The translations under genes were made by a program, and so were the position numbers. Of a DNA stretch of 64,000 nucleotides, positions 9,782 to 22,946 are shown piece after piece. Each line of letters begins with the position of its first letter. Within the stretch, counting starts at the first letter, position 1. Origin of the DNA: Octopus sinensis (lineage: Eukaryota); assembly GCF_006345805.1 (NCBI RefSeq), contig NC_043004.1, positions 93,682,001 to 93,746,000 on the forward strand, in the 5' to 3' direction. The notes below the pieces were generated by a model. It was not told the origin of the DNA and searched no databases. It worked only from the letters and a program-made list of their open reading frames with translations.

Positions 9782-10883
9782 ACATGCTGAAAAATCTCTT
9801 TTAGATACAAAGCCTCTTCTAAGCCTTCCCTGCTTTTCTTCTTTGCTGAAGTATTACTTCTAACACATTAGTCCATGCTTCATCTTAGAGCATACAATTT
9901 ACTTCAGATCATTAGAGCCTCTGTATGGAACCAGCCATTCTATCTTAAATTACATCCTTTCAACTTAGTAAGAGTGAGCAGACATTGAATAATGAAGTTC
10001 TAGATATACTATGCATGAATAAAAAATGGCATGGTCACAACTGGAATACTTTTCATTATAGGCCAGTCTGCTCAATCAAGGCTGACCAAGGGCTAAACAA
10101 TTATAAAAAAGTTCCCACTCTACAACCAGTTCCAGTGACTAACCTTAGAAGAGAGAGACCTCAAAGAGGTCACTCAATATAAAAGAAATAGCAGCCAAAT
10201 CTCATCTACAGTCTTAAGCAAGAAAGAACGCATTGAACAATGAAGTCCAGGATATATATATATATATACAATTTCTGAAAATAATACAAATGAGAGGTCA
10301 TGAGTGGAAAGCGGTTGATCAAGGTTAACCTAGGGCTAAACAACAACATATCCTTAGTTTATCAAGTACTTCCATGTTTAAAGTTTTATCCCCACCACCC
10401 TACCATCATTACTAAAAATGAAATAGTGTGATGTATTCTATCATAATGTTCCTAGTGTTAACTGCATCAAAGACATTTATATTTTTGGTGAAACCACCTT
10501 ATGGGAGAATTTGAGACTCAACACTGCACACGAACAAAATACTTTGTATCTTATAGTGCTGACACTGAGTACAACAGTAAATTTGTTGTAGGCCTTCAAG
10601 ATTAAATACTCTAGATTATTAACATCATCTTCACAGTGGTTTTGTTCATTATTTAGATCTACATTACATTTGAATCAATTCTGTCACTGATTAGGTGGAG
10701 ACACATGACTTAGTGGTTAGGCTGTTAGACTCATGGTTGTAAGATTGCTGTTGCAATTCCTGGATTAGGCGATATGTTGTGTTCTTGAGCAAAACACTCC
10801 ATTTCACGTTGCTCCAGTCCACTAAGCTGGCAAAAATGAGTATTCCTACAATGGAATACTCATGCGATGGAATACTCCCATCC

Positions 10884-11072
10884 AAATTTTTGGTGAAAAT
10901 TTTCGAAAAATTTTTGGGTTAAATTTTCGGCAAAAATTTTCAAAAAATTGTTGGTGAAAATTTTTGGGTAAAATTTTCGAAAACTATTTGGGTAAAATTT
11001 TTGGTGAAAATTTTCGGAAAACTTTTGGGTAAAATATTCGAAAAATTTTTGGGTAAAATTTTCGGTGAAAAT
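10884..11072. repeat. Minisatellite of about 11-13-nt units, AAAATTTT(T/C)GG(G)T(G)
   Basis: About 15 phased A4T4-type tracts, interrupting a family D-like SINE. Confidence 0.9.
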
Positions 11073-12227
11073 ATATGCCCCACAAAAGCCAGAAACCAAC
11101 CTTGTGAGTCTATATGACTCAGAAAGGAACTCTATCCTTTTTTCTTATCATCATCAGGTGTCTTAGTCTCAATGTACATAAGGTAACACACTGGATTTGA
11201 ACTATAAACCATTGGCAATCTTTATATCCAACTAAACATGGCTGTATAATTAGAATGCTGAATATTGTAGTATTCAGCTTGAGAGATCCTCTCATATAGA
11301 CATATTGTGCTAAGAGTACAGACATATGTTGTAGCAGATGAGAACTGTCTGGTATGGGTGCCAGAACTGCCAGATCACATGATTTCAGCAAACTGCACTT
11401 CTTCAGTAGCAGGTATCCAAATCTCACTGCTAATGATATATAGAATAACAGTAATCTTTCACTTGCTGATACTGCAAATAGCCAGCAGGCTTATTAAAAA
11501 AATAAATATTACTGATGGAAACATTATTAAAACTGGATAGCAATCTTTGTATCCTACTAAACAAGGGTGTATTATTAAAACACTGGTATTTGCCTTGAAA
11601 GTTTCTTTCATAAACCTTATTTCTTAGCTAAAAGTAAAAAGGTTTGTTATACTTGTAGACCTTCCCCACTAATGGATAGTTATAGTTGAGAGAACTGGTT
11701 TAGAGATGTGGTACTGTTAGTTTAAATGAGATTTGAACGAGAATAATAAGGCATTTGTTTTGACTTGGCACAAGGTCAGTTTCTGTAAGAGAGAATTGTA
11801 GATCATTCAAAGAGGCTCAATGAGATTGCTAGGTCTGCCAGAAATAATAGCCAAATCTCTCATATTAAAAGAGACACATTAGAAATCATACCAAAGCAGA
11901 CACTGGAGCTTGGTTCAGTCCTCAACTCCAGTTGAACTATCCAACCCATGCCAGTATGGGAAACAGAGGTTAAATAGTGATAATGATAATACACTATTCT
12001 TGGAGGAAAAAACATTAAAAAGAAACTGATATGGTCACAGTTAAATCACTACTGATCATAAATGTGCTCAATCAAGGCTGAAAAAATTGGCTGAACTGGA
12101 GCTAAACAAGTCATTTAATTAATCCACTCTATCATTGCAATTGCGCAAAACTCAGGTCATTACCATTGCACTTCATGTAAACACTAGCAACAGTAATGAT
12201 GATTTCTTTTGACTAAGTTGCAGCTGT

Positions 12228-12603
12228 GACACCAGTGCCGGTGGTACGTAAGAGAACCATCCGAACGTGGCCGTTGCCAGCGCCACCCCGACTGGCCTCG
12301 TGCCGGTGACACGTAAAAAGCACTATCCGATTGTGGCCGTTGCCAGCCTTGCCTGGCCCCCGTGCCGGTGGCACGTAAAAAGTACCATCCGATTGTGGCC
12401 GTTTGCCAGCCTCGTCTGGCACGTAAAAAGCACCCACTACACTCACGGAGTGGTTGGCGTTAGGAAGGGCATCCAGCCGTAGAAACATTGCCAGATCAGA
12501 CTGGGCCTAGTGCAGCCTTCTGGCTTCCCAGACACTAGTTGAACCGTCCAACCCAGGCTAGCATGGAAAGCGGACGTTAAACGAAGATGATGATGATGAT
12601 GAT
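12228..12603 (+). mobile_element. RTE 3'-UTR/tail copy
   Basis: Same family; (GAT)n tail. Confidence 0.9.
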
Positions 12604-13264
12604 AAGTACTATGTTAATTCTGAAAGGAATTGCTTTCAACAATAGTGGACCAGTGATCTCTCATTCCAGTGAAGTAACAGCTCTACTTGGAGAGACTCTC
12701 TCAAAATATTAAAGATCATAATTAATACAAGTTTGCTACTGATTCCTTCATCCACCACCTTTCTATTAACAATTTCTGATATAGGCACAAGGCCAGAAAA
12801 CTTAGGGCGGTGTAGTTAATATTACTGTGTCGCAGGAGGCAGTGAGCTTGGCAAAATTGTTAGCATGCCAGGCAAAATGCTTAGCAGCATTTCGTCTGTC
12901 TTCAGGTTTTAAGTTCAAAATTCCACTAAGGGTGACTTTGCTTTTCATCCTTTCATGACTGATAAAATAAGTATCACTTGAGTACTGGGGTCAGTGTAAT
13001 CGATTTACCCCCACCCCTGAAATTACTGGCCTTGAGCCAAAATTCGAAATCAATAGTACTGGTATGTTATTTTATCAACCCAAGAAAGGATGATAAGTAA
13101 AGATGATCTATGTGGGATTTGAACTGTTAAAACTGGAAAGGGCTGAAACTAAATAAAAGGTATTTTGCCAAAAAGCTCTCTTGTGATTCTGCCAATTTAA
13201 GCGAATAAATAAAGAAAAGAAATAATTAAATGGAATGTAGGCTAGAAAGTGGGTTAATGCTTAC

Positions 13265-13336
13265 TTGCGTACAACTGTGGTATAATCCGATGTGTAAAGT
13301 CGAACACAATCCACAACATGTGGATCAGTGTCTGCT
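13265..13336 (-). CDS. DOCK7: DOCK7-like exon C: ADTDPHVVDCVRLYTSDYTTVVR(K)
   Basis: Acceptor ccaacag|, donor |gtaagc; 72 nt; phase 2 at both ends fits the neighbours. Resembles DOCK7 DPHVRDCIRSYT. Not shown in the ORF track. Confidence 0.92.
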
Positions 13337-14029
13337 CTGTTGGAGAGAAAAAAAGAAAAAGAGTTACCAAAAGAGAGAGAAGGAGAGAGATGAAGAGGGA
13401 GAGCTGGAGAAAAATAGAATTGAAATTCATTTAATGTGACAATTTCAATAAATGAAACACACGTGATTCCAATTTCAAGAATAATGGAAATGACTGAACA
13501 ACTGGTGACATTATCAAGGTCAGCGATACATATTCATTTAGAAACAGCTTATTTAAAATTTTCCTCTGATTGTATTGTTAATTAATTAGCCATCTGTGCT
13601 TTGAGAGAAACTCTTTTCTGTACTGATTCATGTAACAAAATAGAAGTCATACTATACCATTTGGCTCAGTAGGAAGGGATCACATCAAAGTGAGACAAAA
13701 CAGAGAGAAACTTGTAATTGCCGCCGCCGCCACCACCACCACCACCATTACCTTTGCAACTACCATCATCATTATTATTATTAGCAACATTTCAATATTT
13801 GTTCTTTTTAACAGATAACATAACTTCCTTCTGTAAATTTCAATGTGTTGATTTCTCTTTGAGGACAGATCTTCTTAAGACAGACCAAACTAATTCCTGC
13901 TTAATATCCATGATGATCCATTTCTACTTCATGTATTAACTAACCTACAGCACCAATCCAAACAGCAGTAGATGAACAGCAAAGTATAATCTACAAGATA
14001 CAGCAGTTAAATCTACTTCAGCAATACTC

Positions 14030-14335
14030 AGGCTCACAATCATGAGGTGGTGAGTTCGATTCCTGGACTGGGCTGTGTGTTGTGTTCTTGAGCAAGACAC
14101 TTTATTTTATATAGCTCCAGTTCACACAGGTATCGAAATGAATTGTGATATCATTCACACCAAGCTGTATCGGCCTTTGCCTTTTCCTTGGATAACATCA
14201 GTGACATGGAGAGAAGAGGCTGGTATGCATGGGCGAATGCTGGTCTTCCATAAACAATGTTGCCTGGACTTGTGCCTAGGAGGATAACCTTCTAGGTGCA
14301 ATCCCATGGTCATTCATGACCGAAGGGAGTCTTTA
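14030..14335 (+). mobile_element. SINE family D (tRNA head plus CORE-like tgttcttgagcaagacact); related copies at about 30330-30605 and 10697-11140
   Basis: B-box gagttcgattcc; body and 3' end shared with 30400-30600. Confidence 0.7.
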
Positions 14336-14529
14336 CATATGCATACACACACAAACTCAGACATTGTTAGGTGCACCTGAGCTTCACGGAAGGTTAGTAT
14401 TTGATAGGCACTGAATTATTTTCTGGCTCTGAAGAGGAAAGACCAGTCTCTGTGAGGTAGTCTTTGTTATGTTGAGAATGTGCGTTCACTAGGAGAGATC
14501 CAAGGATAGTGGGGCCGAACATTTGAAGT

Positions 14530-14849
14530 AGCCAACATAAAAAGCACCATCCGAATCATAGCCGAAGCCAATGCCGCCTCGACTGGCTTCCGTGCAGGTG
14601 GCACGTAAAATGCACCAATCCGACCGTGGCTGATACCAGCCTCGCCTGGCACCAGTGCAGGTGGCACGTAAAAAGTACCCACTACAATCACGGAGTGGTT
14701 GGCATTAGGAAGGGCATCCAGCTGTAGAAACATTGCCAGATAAGACTGGAGCCTGGTGCAGCCTTCTGGCTTCCCAGATCCCCGGTCGAACCGTCCAACC
14801 CATGCTAGCATGGAGAACGGACGTTAAACGATGATAATGATGATGATGA
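14530..14849 (+). mobile_element. RTE 3'-UTR/tail copy
   Basis: Same family; (GAT)n tail. Confidence 0.88.
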
Positions 14850-16068
14850 ACATAATTCTAGCTCTATGCTGTTCATGTTGAAGGTGGGAATAATGCTTTC
14901 TTGGTACGTGTAGTGATTGGAGATTCATATCATTTCACTGGAAGACGTTTTTGAGGTTTTCATCCAGAGAGTTGATCTATAGTTGGTGTGAGATGTTTGG
15001 ATTGATTGTGGAAGACACTAAGATGTAGGAGATTAAGAAGGAATATGAGCATAATAAGCATTGGTGTGGATGCTGGTACCATGTAAAAGGCACTCAGTAC
15101 ACACTGCAGAGTGATGGGCATCCAGCCACAGAAATCAAACCAAAACGGACTATGGAACCTGGTGCAGCCCCTGGCTTTGCCAGTTCCTGAGAAGTCATCC
15201 AACCCATGCCAGTATGGAATATAGATGTTAAATATTGATGATAATGATGAAGAAGAGCGATATCATCTGCACAGGATTGGAATGTTTGACAGGTGACAGC
15301 AAGTAGGCTGCTAATTTATAGGAAGAAGAGAGTGAAGAACATAACAGAATTTTGGGGCACACCAGAGTTGAAAGGGTGTGGTTCAGAGACAGCATCATCA
15401 GCACATGCTAAGATGGTCCAATCCAACTGACAGTCACCAATTCTAGACACAAGAGATAGATGAAGCCTAGAGATAGACAGTCTTTCTAGATTCATATACC
15501 ATTGTCCTGTGATTATGAGAAAGCAACAATATCTATTTTAACTAGAAATTTCAAATTAAATTCTTCCTCCAACAAAATGCAAGTGCTTTTGATAGTAATT
15601 AACTATCTGTCCATTTATTTATATATCTGACTGTATATTTATTTTTTAACCAACCCATTAATACCTGCCTGTCAGTCTATTTGTCTCTACTTGAATACCT
15701 GTAAGTATATTCACTGGCTAATGGGTCCATGTAGTTAATGGCTGATGGATCCATGTAGCCTTTTTTTAGCATTCCAATCTTTTCTTTGTCATAACTATGA
15801 CTTCTTACTCAGCACCTATTTCATCAACTTAGGATAGACAAAAAATAAAGACGTCCAGCATTGGGTTTGAACCCAGAATGTAAACAATCAAATACTACAC
15901 AGTATTTGTCTGATGTACTACCAATTCTGTCATTCATCTGTCATTAGTCAATTTTATTTGGCCCATTATCAGAGAACTAATACACGAAGAATGAGTGACA
16001 CTTGAATGTGAATACTCTGTCAAAAAAATTTTTTTAAATATCCCCATAAGTTGATGTATGTAACATAC

Positions 16069-16247
16069 CCAGGCTCTTCTGGTACAACTGGTGTAAGGGT
16101 TCGACATATCCTGGGAACTTGCTGTATTTCAATGTCATCTTCAGGAAATTGTAAGAGATCTCGGAAGGGATCTCGGTCAATAGTATCTTGATGCTGTAGC
16201 ACAAAATCTTCAAATTCAACAGGCGTTATTAATTCTCCAGGTGGCAG
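16069..16247 (-). CDS. DOCK7: DOCK7-like exon B: LPPGELITPVEFEDFVLQHQDTIDRDPFRDLLQFPEDDIEIQQVPRICRTLTPVVPEEP(G)
   Basis: Acceptor tgtcag|, donor |gtatgt; 179 nt. Matches the DOCK-C/D N-terminal motif P.D.E.......D.P.RDL..FP.DDI......R.CRTL...VPEE. Confidence 0.95.
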
Positions 16248-17295
16248 CTGACAGGCAAAAAAAAAAAAATTTTTAATTAAAAAAAAAAAAATTAAGTCCT
16301 CAGGAGAACATCATTAAAATTTAGCACTGACTCAGAAAATAAATGCTTGAAACACTGCCTGTCAACAGTTTAAATGAATGAAGCTAAAAATAAGAAATAA
16401 GTAACAAATAATTTGGTTGTTGTCAAACATTATAGGCAGCATTTTGAAACAGAAAAGACTAGCAGGCTCATTAATAAGACTTGAGGTATTTATATACTGC
16501 TTGCTGGGAGACTGAATTCTCAATTTCATCACAGAATATCTGCCATTCCATCTTCTCAAAGTAGGTACAACAAATAGCTATTGTTATTTTACCTGTACTA
16601 TTTTATCACCAGTAGATAATTAACCACTTACTTTCTACTAGCAGGATAGGCAATTATACTAATGTTTAACATAGCAAGCAGTCCTACCTAAATTTGATAG
16701 AAGCATTATTCTTCTTCCATCAGTGAGTCTTTTTTCTTTTTCTTTTTTTTTCTTTTAACTATTTAGTCAAAGAAGGGCAGCACCCTTTTATTTTCTCAGG
16801 CCCTCTGAGACTTTAGCCCTCATCCAAATGCTTGCAAAAAAAGTGTACTCTACTAAAAGCACCCAAGATGCCAGACAATGGTGTTAAACTAGGTAGTAGA
16901 TTAATTATACCTCAAAAACTCAAAATACAATAACTACAAGGCATCTTTGGTCAATAATCTAACAACTCAAGTTATATTTCACTGTTGTTCTTTCACATCT
17001 AAAATTGATGATTAAAATCAAAGTAGTTAATTTATATGTTGTAAAACTATGTCACCCCCAGTAACAAATCCTGAGTTGTTTTTTACTTTTGATCTCTTGA
17101 GGTATGTAATAAATCAGTTGTCATCCTTTATGTTACATATTCATATCAATTCTTTTACTGGTTTCAATCATTGGACAGTGGTTATGCTGGAGCACCACCT
17201 TTAAAGACATAACCAACTTGGGCAGGAGTTTCGACTCAAAACATTAAAAGATAGAACCAAACATCACAAGGTATTTTTGTCTGATACTCTCTTTT

Positions 17296-17642
17296 CTCTC
17301 TTTTACTTGTTTCAGTCATGTGACTGTGGCCATGCTGGAGCACCGCCTTTAGCAAGTAAATCAACCCCAGAGATTATTCTTTGTAAGCCTAGTACTTATT
17401 CTATTGGTATCTTTTGCTGAACCGCTAAGTTACAGGGACATAAACACACCAGCATCAGTTGTCAAGCGATGTTGGGGGGACAAACACAGACACACACACA
17501 TATGCATATATGACGGGCTTCTTTCAGTTTTTGTCTACCAAATCCACTCACAAGGCTTTGGTCAGCCCGAGGCTATAGTAGAAGACACTCGCCCAAGGTG
17601 CCAAGCAGTGGGATTGAAGCTGGAACCATGTGGTTCGTAAGC
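17296..17642 (-). mobile_element. SINE family A copy (head clipped)
   Basis: Homology to 2666-3077. Confidence 0.85.
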
Positions 17643-18327
17643 ATTTCTCTGATTCAAACAACAATATAGTCAGGCTGCCTTAGTTCTGCAGGCCTGTAGA
17701 TTAATAAATTCAGATATGGGCTATGGAGTAATAATGAGGATATAGTATTATAGGATATAGTATTTGAGTCTGGAAAATATGCAATTCCTAATGCAATAGC
17801 AAGTATTCACACTTACATACACACAAATGCATATCTATATGTCATGTATGTGTGCATGTGTATATATTAAAAGAGAGCCATCCAATACTTAAGTGCCTGA
17901 AAATGATGACATGATGATGATGATGATGAAGACAATGACAGATATTAAATACCTAATGACAAATGTGACAAAGGGGAAACTAATTTTGGACTGCTAGTCA
18001 CTTGTCTCACAACAACGTATAGATATATTATTCACATGACAGACAAATTACAATAAGGATATTAACAATAACAATCGCAATCAAATACAATAATGGGAAG
18101 TTATTTTTATAGCTATTTTACATTTGTAGTTTTACTAACATGCACCTATGGCTGTGTGGTTAAAGCATCTGCTTTAGAATTATGAGGTTTGGGGTTGGAT
18201 ACCAGTGTATGATACTTCTACAATAGCCACAAGGTTAACCAAAGCTTTCTACATAGAAGCTTGCAGGAAGGGATCATTCATGTATTTGGCCTGAAGACTT
18301 AATTAAGATTTGATTTATTGCTTAGAC

Positions 18328-18546
18328 CAGTGCTTTTCAAACTTTTTGCTGGAGCGGAACCCCAAGGAAACATTCCACTGGCTCGAGGAACCCCTGTGCA
18401 ATAATTTAATAGTTTTATGCACACATATCTGCACAAGAGAATTAAAAATTACTGCTGATTTTAGCAGTTTTGTAACTTCTTGCGGAACCCCTGGACTGTA
18501 CTGGCGGAACTCTAAGGTTCCGCGGAACCCTGGTTGAAAACCACTG
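18328..18546. mobile_element. hAT MITE with a perfect 8-bp TSD
   Basis: TIR CAGTGcTTTTCAA / TTGAAAAcCACTG; TSD GCTTAGAC at 18320-18327 and 18547-18554 (central TA, Buster/Charlie-type). Confidence 0.9.
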
Positions 18547-19162
18547 GCTTAGACTAACACTGCCACTTGGCCCATGAACGCATTCTCCAGTCTGAGAATA
18601 ATTTCCCTTTCTCTCACAAGTCTTAGAAAATGGTCATGGGAACATAAGCATATACATAGATACATCAAAATGGGTCCTCATCGTTTAATGTCTGCCTTCC
18701 ATGCTGGCATGGGTAAGAACAATGCATCAATATGGATATTTTTAAATGATGTGTCTGACGCTTGAGTTGAGACATTCAAGCCAGTGAAGCAATGGTTCGA
18801 ACCCAGAGTCCATATAAGATGTTATTGCTAAACTTTATCTGCAATAAATTGGTTATACTTCTATAGTACACAAAATATTCTAATAATCATTTTTATAGAA
18901 TTTCTAATCTAATAATATTTAATTCTAAAAATATAACTGGATTTTTTTTTTAAACATCAAACGGCTATAAGGGTTCACGCAAATAAAATAGGAATCAAAA
19001 GGGTCCCTAGGTAAAAAAATTTGGTTGAGAAGACTGCTTGAAAGTAATAATAAACAAAGTATGTATACAATGGCAGCTTACATCACACCAATACTTCACA
19101 AGTTAAATCTATGTAAAATGCATTGGATGACAAGGAGAAGATATAAATACTGTGTGTATTTT

Positions 19163-19195
<33 letters not shown>

Positions 19196-19787
19196 AAATG
19201 AAACAAGCTGAATTGTATAAACTTTAGTAAAGAACTGGAAGTTAGTAGTTAGATGAAAATGAGGTCCCTTAAAAAAAACAGACAAATGTTGATTATTAAG
19301 TAAATGTCAAAGAAACACAATGCCTGTGTGTTTATGTGTGTGTGTATATATCCTATGCACCTCTATGCATATATGCATGTATGTGTGTACGTGTGTGTGT
19401 ATGTGTGTGTGTATGCAATGAGAGGGAGAGAGGAAAGGAGATACAGTCAAGAGAAATAAAAGGAAATAGGTGATAGAAGGGAAAGCAAAAAAAGAAAAAC
19501 AGTGACGGATGATGGTGGGGGGGGGGGAAGAAAGAATGAGTGTGTGTGTGTGTGTGTGTGGTGTGTGTGTGAAGTTTGTTTTCTACTTAGTTGTTTGAGT
19601 GATACTTGAAGCTCTGGCAGTGGTAATGATGATGGGGAAGCAAAAAGTACAGCACAAGCATACGTATATACATATTAATATATACAAGCACACTCCTATA
19701 TGTAGATATGTTCACGCAGTCACAAATATATACACACACACATATATATACATATATATGTAAACATATACAATATTGCATACTCAC

Positions 19788-19878
19788 AACAGCTAGGTTT
19801 ATTCCACTGGTACTTTTAGGTATTTCGTTGGTGATGGCTGGAGAATGGATCTGCTTTCGAACTTCTGCTGCCCCCTGC
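19788..19878 (-). CDS. DOCK7: DOCK7-like exon A (first recognisable coding exon): (R)QGAAEVRKQIHSPAITNEIPKSTSGINLAV
   Basis: Acceptor ttccag| and donor |gtgagt. AAEVRKQ matches the DOCK6/7/8 N-terminal motif. 91 nt; ends in phase 0, matching exon B. Confidence 0.85.
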
Positions 19879-20552
19879 CTGGAAGGTAATTGATGAAGAA
19901 GGTTAGCACTGAGGAACTTTGAGATTTTGGATAGCATCAGTGCATGCAACAAATGTCCACCACATTCAGGCGGCTCGTACGGCCACTTGTTGTGTGGTGG
20001 ACATAATGTAGAAAGACAGAGAGAGAGAGAAAGAGGAAGGAAGTTGGGAAGTTGACGCAACTGACACTGATGTGTGTATGTGTGTGGGTGGGAGAAAGAG
20101 AGAGAGAGAGAGTGAGAGAGAGAGGAGGAGAGAGAGAGAGAAAGAGAGAGACGCAGAAGCAGTCACTCTATGTGTACACACACACACACAAACAAACAAA
20201 CAATTTAATCGGCTGCAAAATTACATAAGTGACTCAAAGGCCATGCGTTTGGGGCACTGCATTTATCAAAGCACAAAACTCTCAGCCCTTGAGTCATAAA
20301 TGATGATGTTGATGATGATGATGATGATGATGATATATATATATACACACACACACACACTCTTACGTATAGAATCCTATTTGTTCTATTTCTTCTGCTT
20401 TATTTACCACTTTCTCTCCCTTTCTTTATATATATATATATAACATAAATTTGTATTATCTCCCTAGTTTTACGTGCTAAGCCACTTGGTGTTAAATTAA
20501 TGGTATTATTAAATTGATATCAATTTTTCACCCTCATTTATAAATATATATA

Positions 20553-20703
20553 TATATAATTATAATAAAGGGTTTTTTGCAACAAGTTGCTTTAACCACA
20601 TACCGAAAATATTAGAAATAGCAGTCTATAGCAAATATTTCTAATATTTTTGGTATGTGGTTTAAGCAACTTGTTGCAAAAAACCCTTTATTATAATTAT
20701 ATA
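20553..20703. repeat. Near-perfect fold-back: about 65-bp arms, about 15-nt spacer
   Basis: taattataataaagggttttttgcaacaagttgctt...attagaaata versus its reverse complement; 2 mismatches. Confidence 0.92.
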
Positions 20704-21212
20704 CCGAATATGGTCCTTTCCATACCGAAAGACTACGAGGTGAAATTGATTTTATTAAATTAATTATATTTCACCCTTTATATATATATATATATATACA
20801 AAATTTTATCGTTATATCTATGTCTCTATCAATGCACAAGCATGCATTTATGTTCATACAGATGTACATGAATATGTGTATTTTACATTTGTTTTCTGGG
20901 CTGGGAAGAAAAGACTACCCTCTGTACCTAATTTATGATATTTGTATTGATAATTATGCATGTGAAAAAAATTCGTTTTTTTTTTTTTCTTTCAGCAAAC
21001 AACAAAAAGGATTGTAGAATTGTAGAGATGGGATGGGATGGGATGGGATGGGAAGAGAGAGACAATAGCAATTGCATACATCAGAACAGAGGGAGCAAGG
21101 AAAACAACAGAAATGAGAGCTTGATGGGTCTTTGGTTTTTAAATAAAAGTACACACACACACACACACATACGTATCTGCATGCAAGCATGCAAACAAGA
21201 ATCACATATGTA

Positions 21213-21444
21213 TTTCTTTATTGCCCACAGGGGGTTAAACATAGAGGGGACAAACAAGGACAGACAAAGGTATTTAGTCGATTACATCGACCCCAGTGCG
21301 TAACTGGTACTTAATTTATCAACCCCGAAAGGATGAAAGGCAAAGTCGACCTTGGCGGAATTTGAACTCAGAACGTAAGGGCAGACGAAATACAGCTACG
21401 CATTTCGCCCGGCGTGCTAACGTTTCTGCCAGTTCGCCACCTTA
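21213..21444 (-). mobile_element. SINE family C with a 17-bp TSD
   Basis: TSD caagaatcacatatgta at 21196-21212 and 21445-21461; gagttcaaattcc B-box; ttgcctttcatcctttcggggtcgataaattaagtacc body. Confidence 0.88.
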
Positions 21445-22148
21445 CAAGAATCACATATGTAACCCTTATTTACATAACCCTCATTCTCATATACATATAC
21501 TCACATATAAAATGCATATACACATACTAACACACACACACACACACACACACACAATTGTCCACAACTAGCTAATAAGCAGAGAAAGGAAGTGTGATAC
21601 GTAATTCTATAGAAACAGCTGATAATGTTGAGTGTGTATGTGTGTGTGTGTTATGTGAAGGTGTGTACGCTGGAATACTTGTGTATTGAAGATATATCCC
21701 TAAAGAGTGTGTATGTATGTTTGAGAGGGTTTGTAAGAGTACATGTGATTGTGGCATATAACAGACATTGAGCATGTTCATATTACACACAAAGCATGAT
21801 GAGCATGTGAACGTGTGTTTATTCCGAGTGTGCATACATGTGCAACGCTTATTACAGAAAGACATTTAACGAAATTATGAGTCATGCAGAAGGCCAGGCT
21901 CTTATTTTGTCTCGTGTCAAAATAATTTAAGCCTACAGCAAGACGGAAAGAGGAGAAACAATTTCAAGTGCTTCGTAGGATGGGCGACAATTGATTAAAC
22001 TGACCACACTATTTTGCATCATTATTTATTTTGTGAAACCCAGCATAATTTGGGCTCCTTAATGCTAAGGGAAATAACTTAATATTGTAAAATAAATGGT
22101 GTGGTCCTTTATGCTGACAGACCACTGTCAACTTTAATAATAATAATA

Positions 22149-22195
<47 letters not shown>

Positions 22196-22826
22196 CATAT
22201 TATCTCTAGCTGCCCAGTCCTGGCTAAGAAGGAATATATTCACAGACATGACAGAGTTGGAACCTACATACATTGGAAGCTATGCCAACATTATGGAATA
22301 ACAACAGAAAAAAGATGGTATAGGCACACACCAGAAAAGGTCACAGAAAACAAGAAAGCAACCATACTCTGGGATATGCCGATACACACAGATAGAGAAA
22401 TTAAGGCCAACAGACCAGATATAGTTGTCAGAGATCATGAAGAAAAAAAATGCTTTCTAATTGATGTATCAATACCGGCTGATGACAACGTGTCTCTAAA
22501 AGAAATGGAGAAACTCTCAAAATACAAAGACCTGGAAATAGAGGTAACCAGAATGTGGACTCTAAAAACAGAAACAATTCCTATCATAGTAGGTGCATTA
22601 GGCATGATAAAAAAATATTCAGACAAATACATAACAAAAACACCAGGACTTACAAACACATATAACATACAGAAAATTGCACTACTGGGCACTGCACACA
22701 TCCTACGCAGAACACTTTCCATACAATAACCATCAGAGCATCACAACAAATCACAGCACATACCCAAGGCACACAGAGCTGCGCTCGGTAGTGAAGTGAA
22801 AGCACGCTATAAAAATAAAACTACTG
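22196..22826 (+). mobile_element. 3' fragment of an R4/Dong-like (restriction-like endonuclease) non-LTR retrotransposon inserted in (TAA)n
   Basis: Open frame 22196-22729: HIISSC (end of CCHC), RHD.V, RPDIVV, LIDVSIP, KE.EK.SKYKDL, GALG. About 100-nt 3' UTR; (AAT)n on both sides. Confidence 0.85.
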
Positions 22827-22946
22827 AATAATAATAATAATAATAATTCATTCTTTTTATTTTTATAGAAAAAAAAGGAATTTATTATTATTATTATTAT
22901 TATTATTTTCATTATTATTATTATTAAAGTTGACTGATTTGTCAGC

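Noticed and set aside
15270-15400. Possible decayed LINE zinc-knuckle coding remnant (HLHRIG..., EEESEEH)
   Set aside because: Needs several frameshifts and stops; too degraded to call without a profile search.
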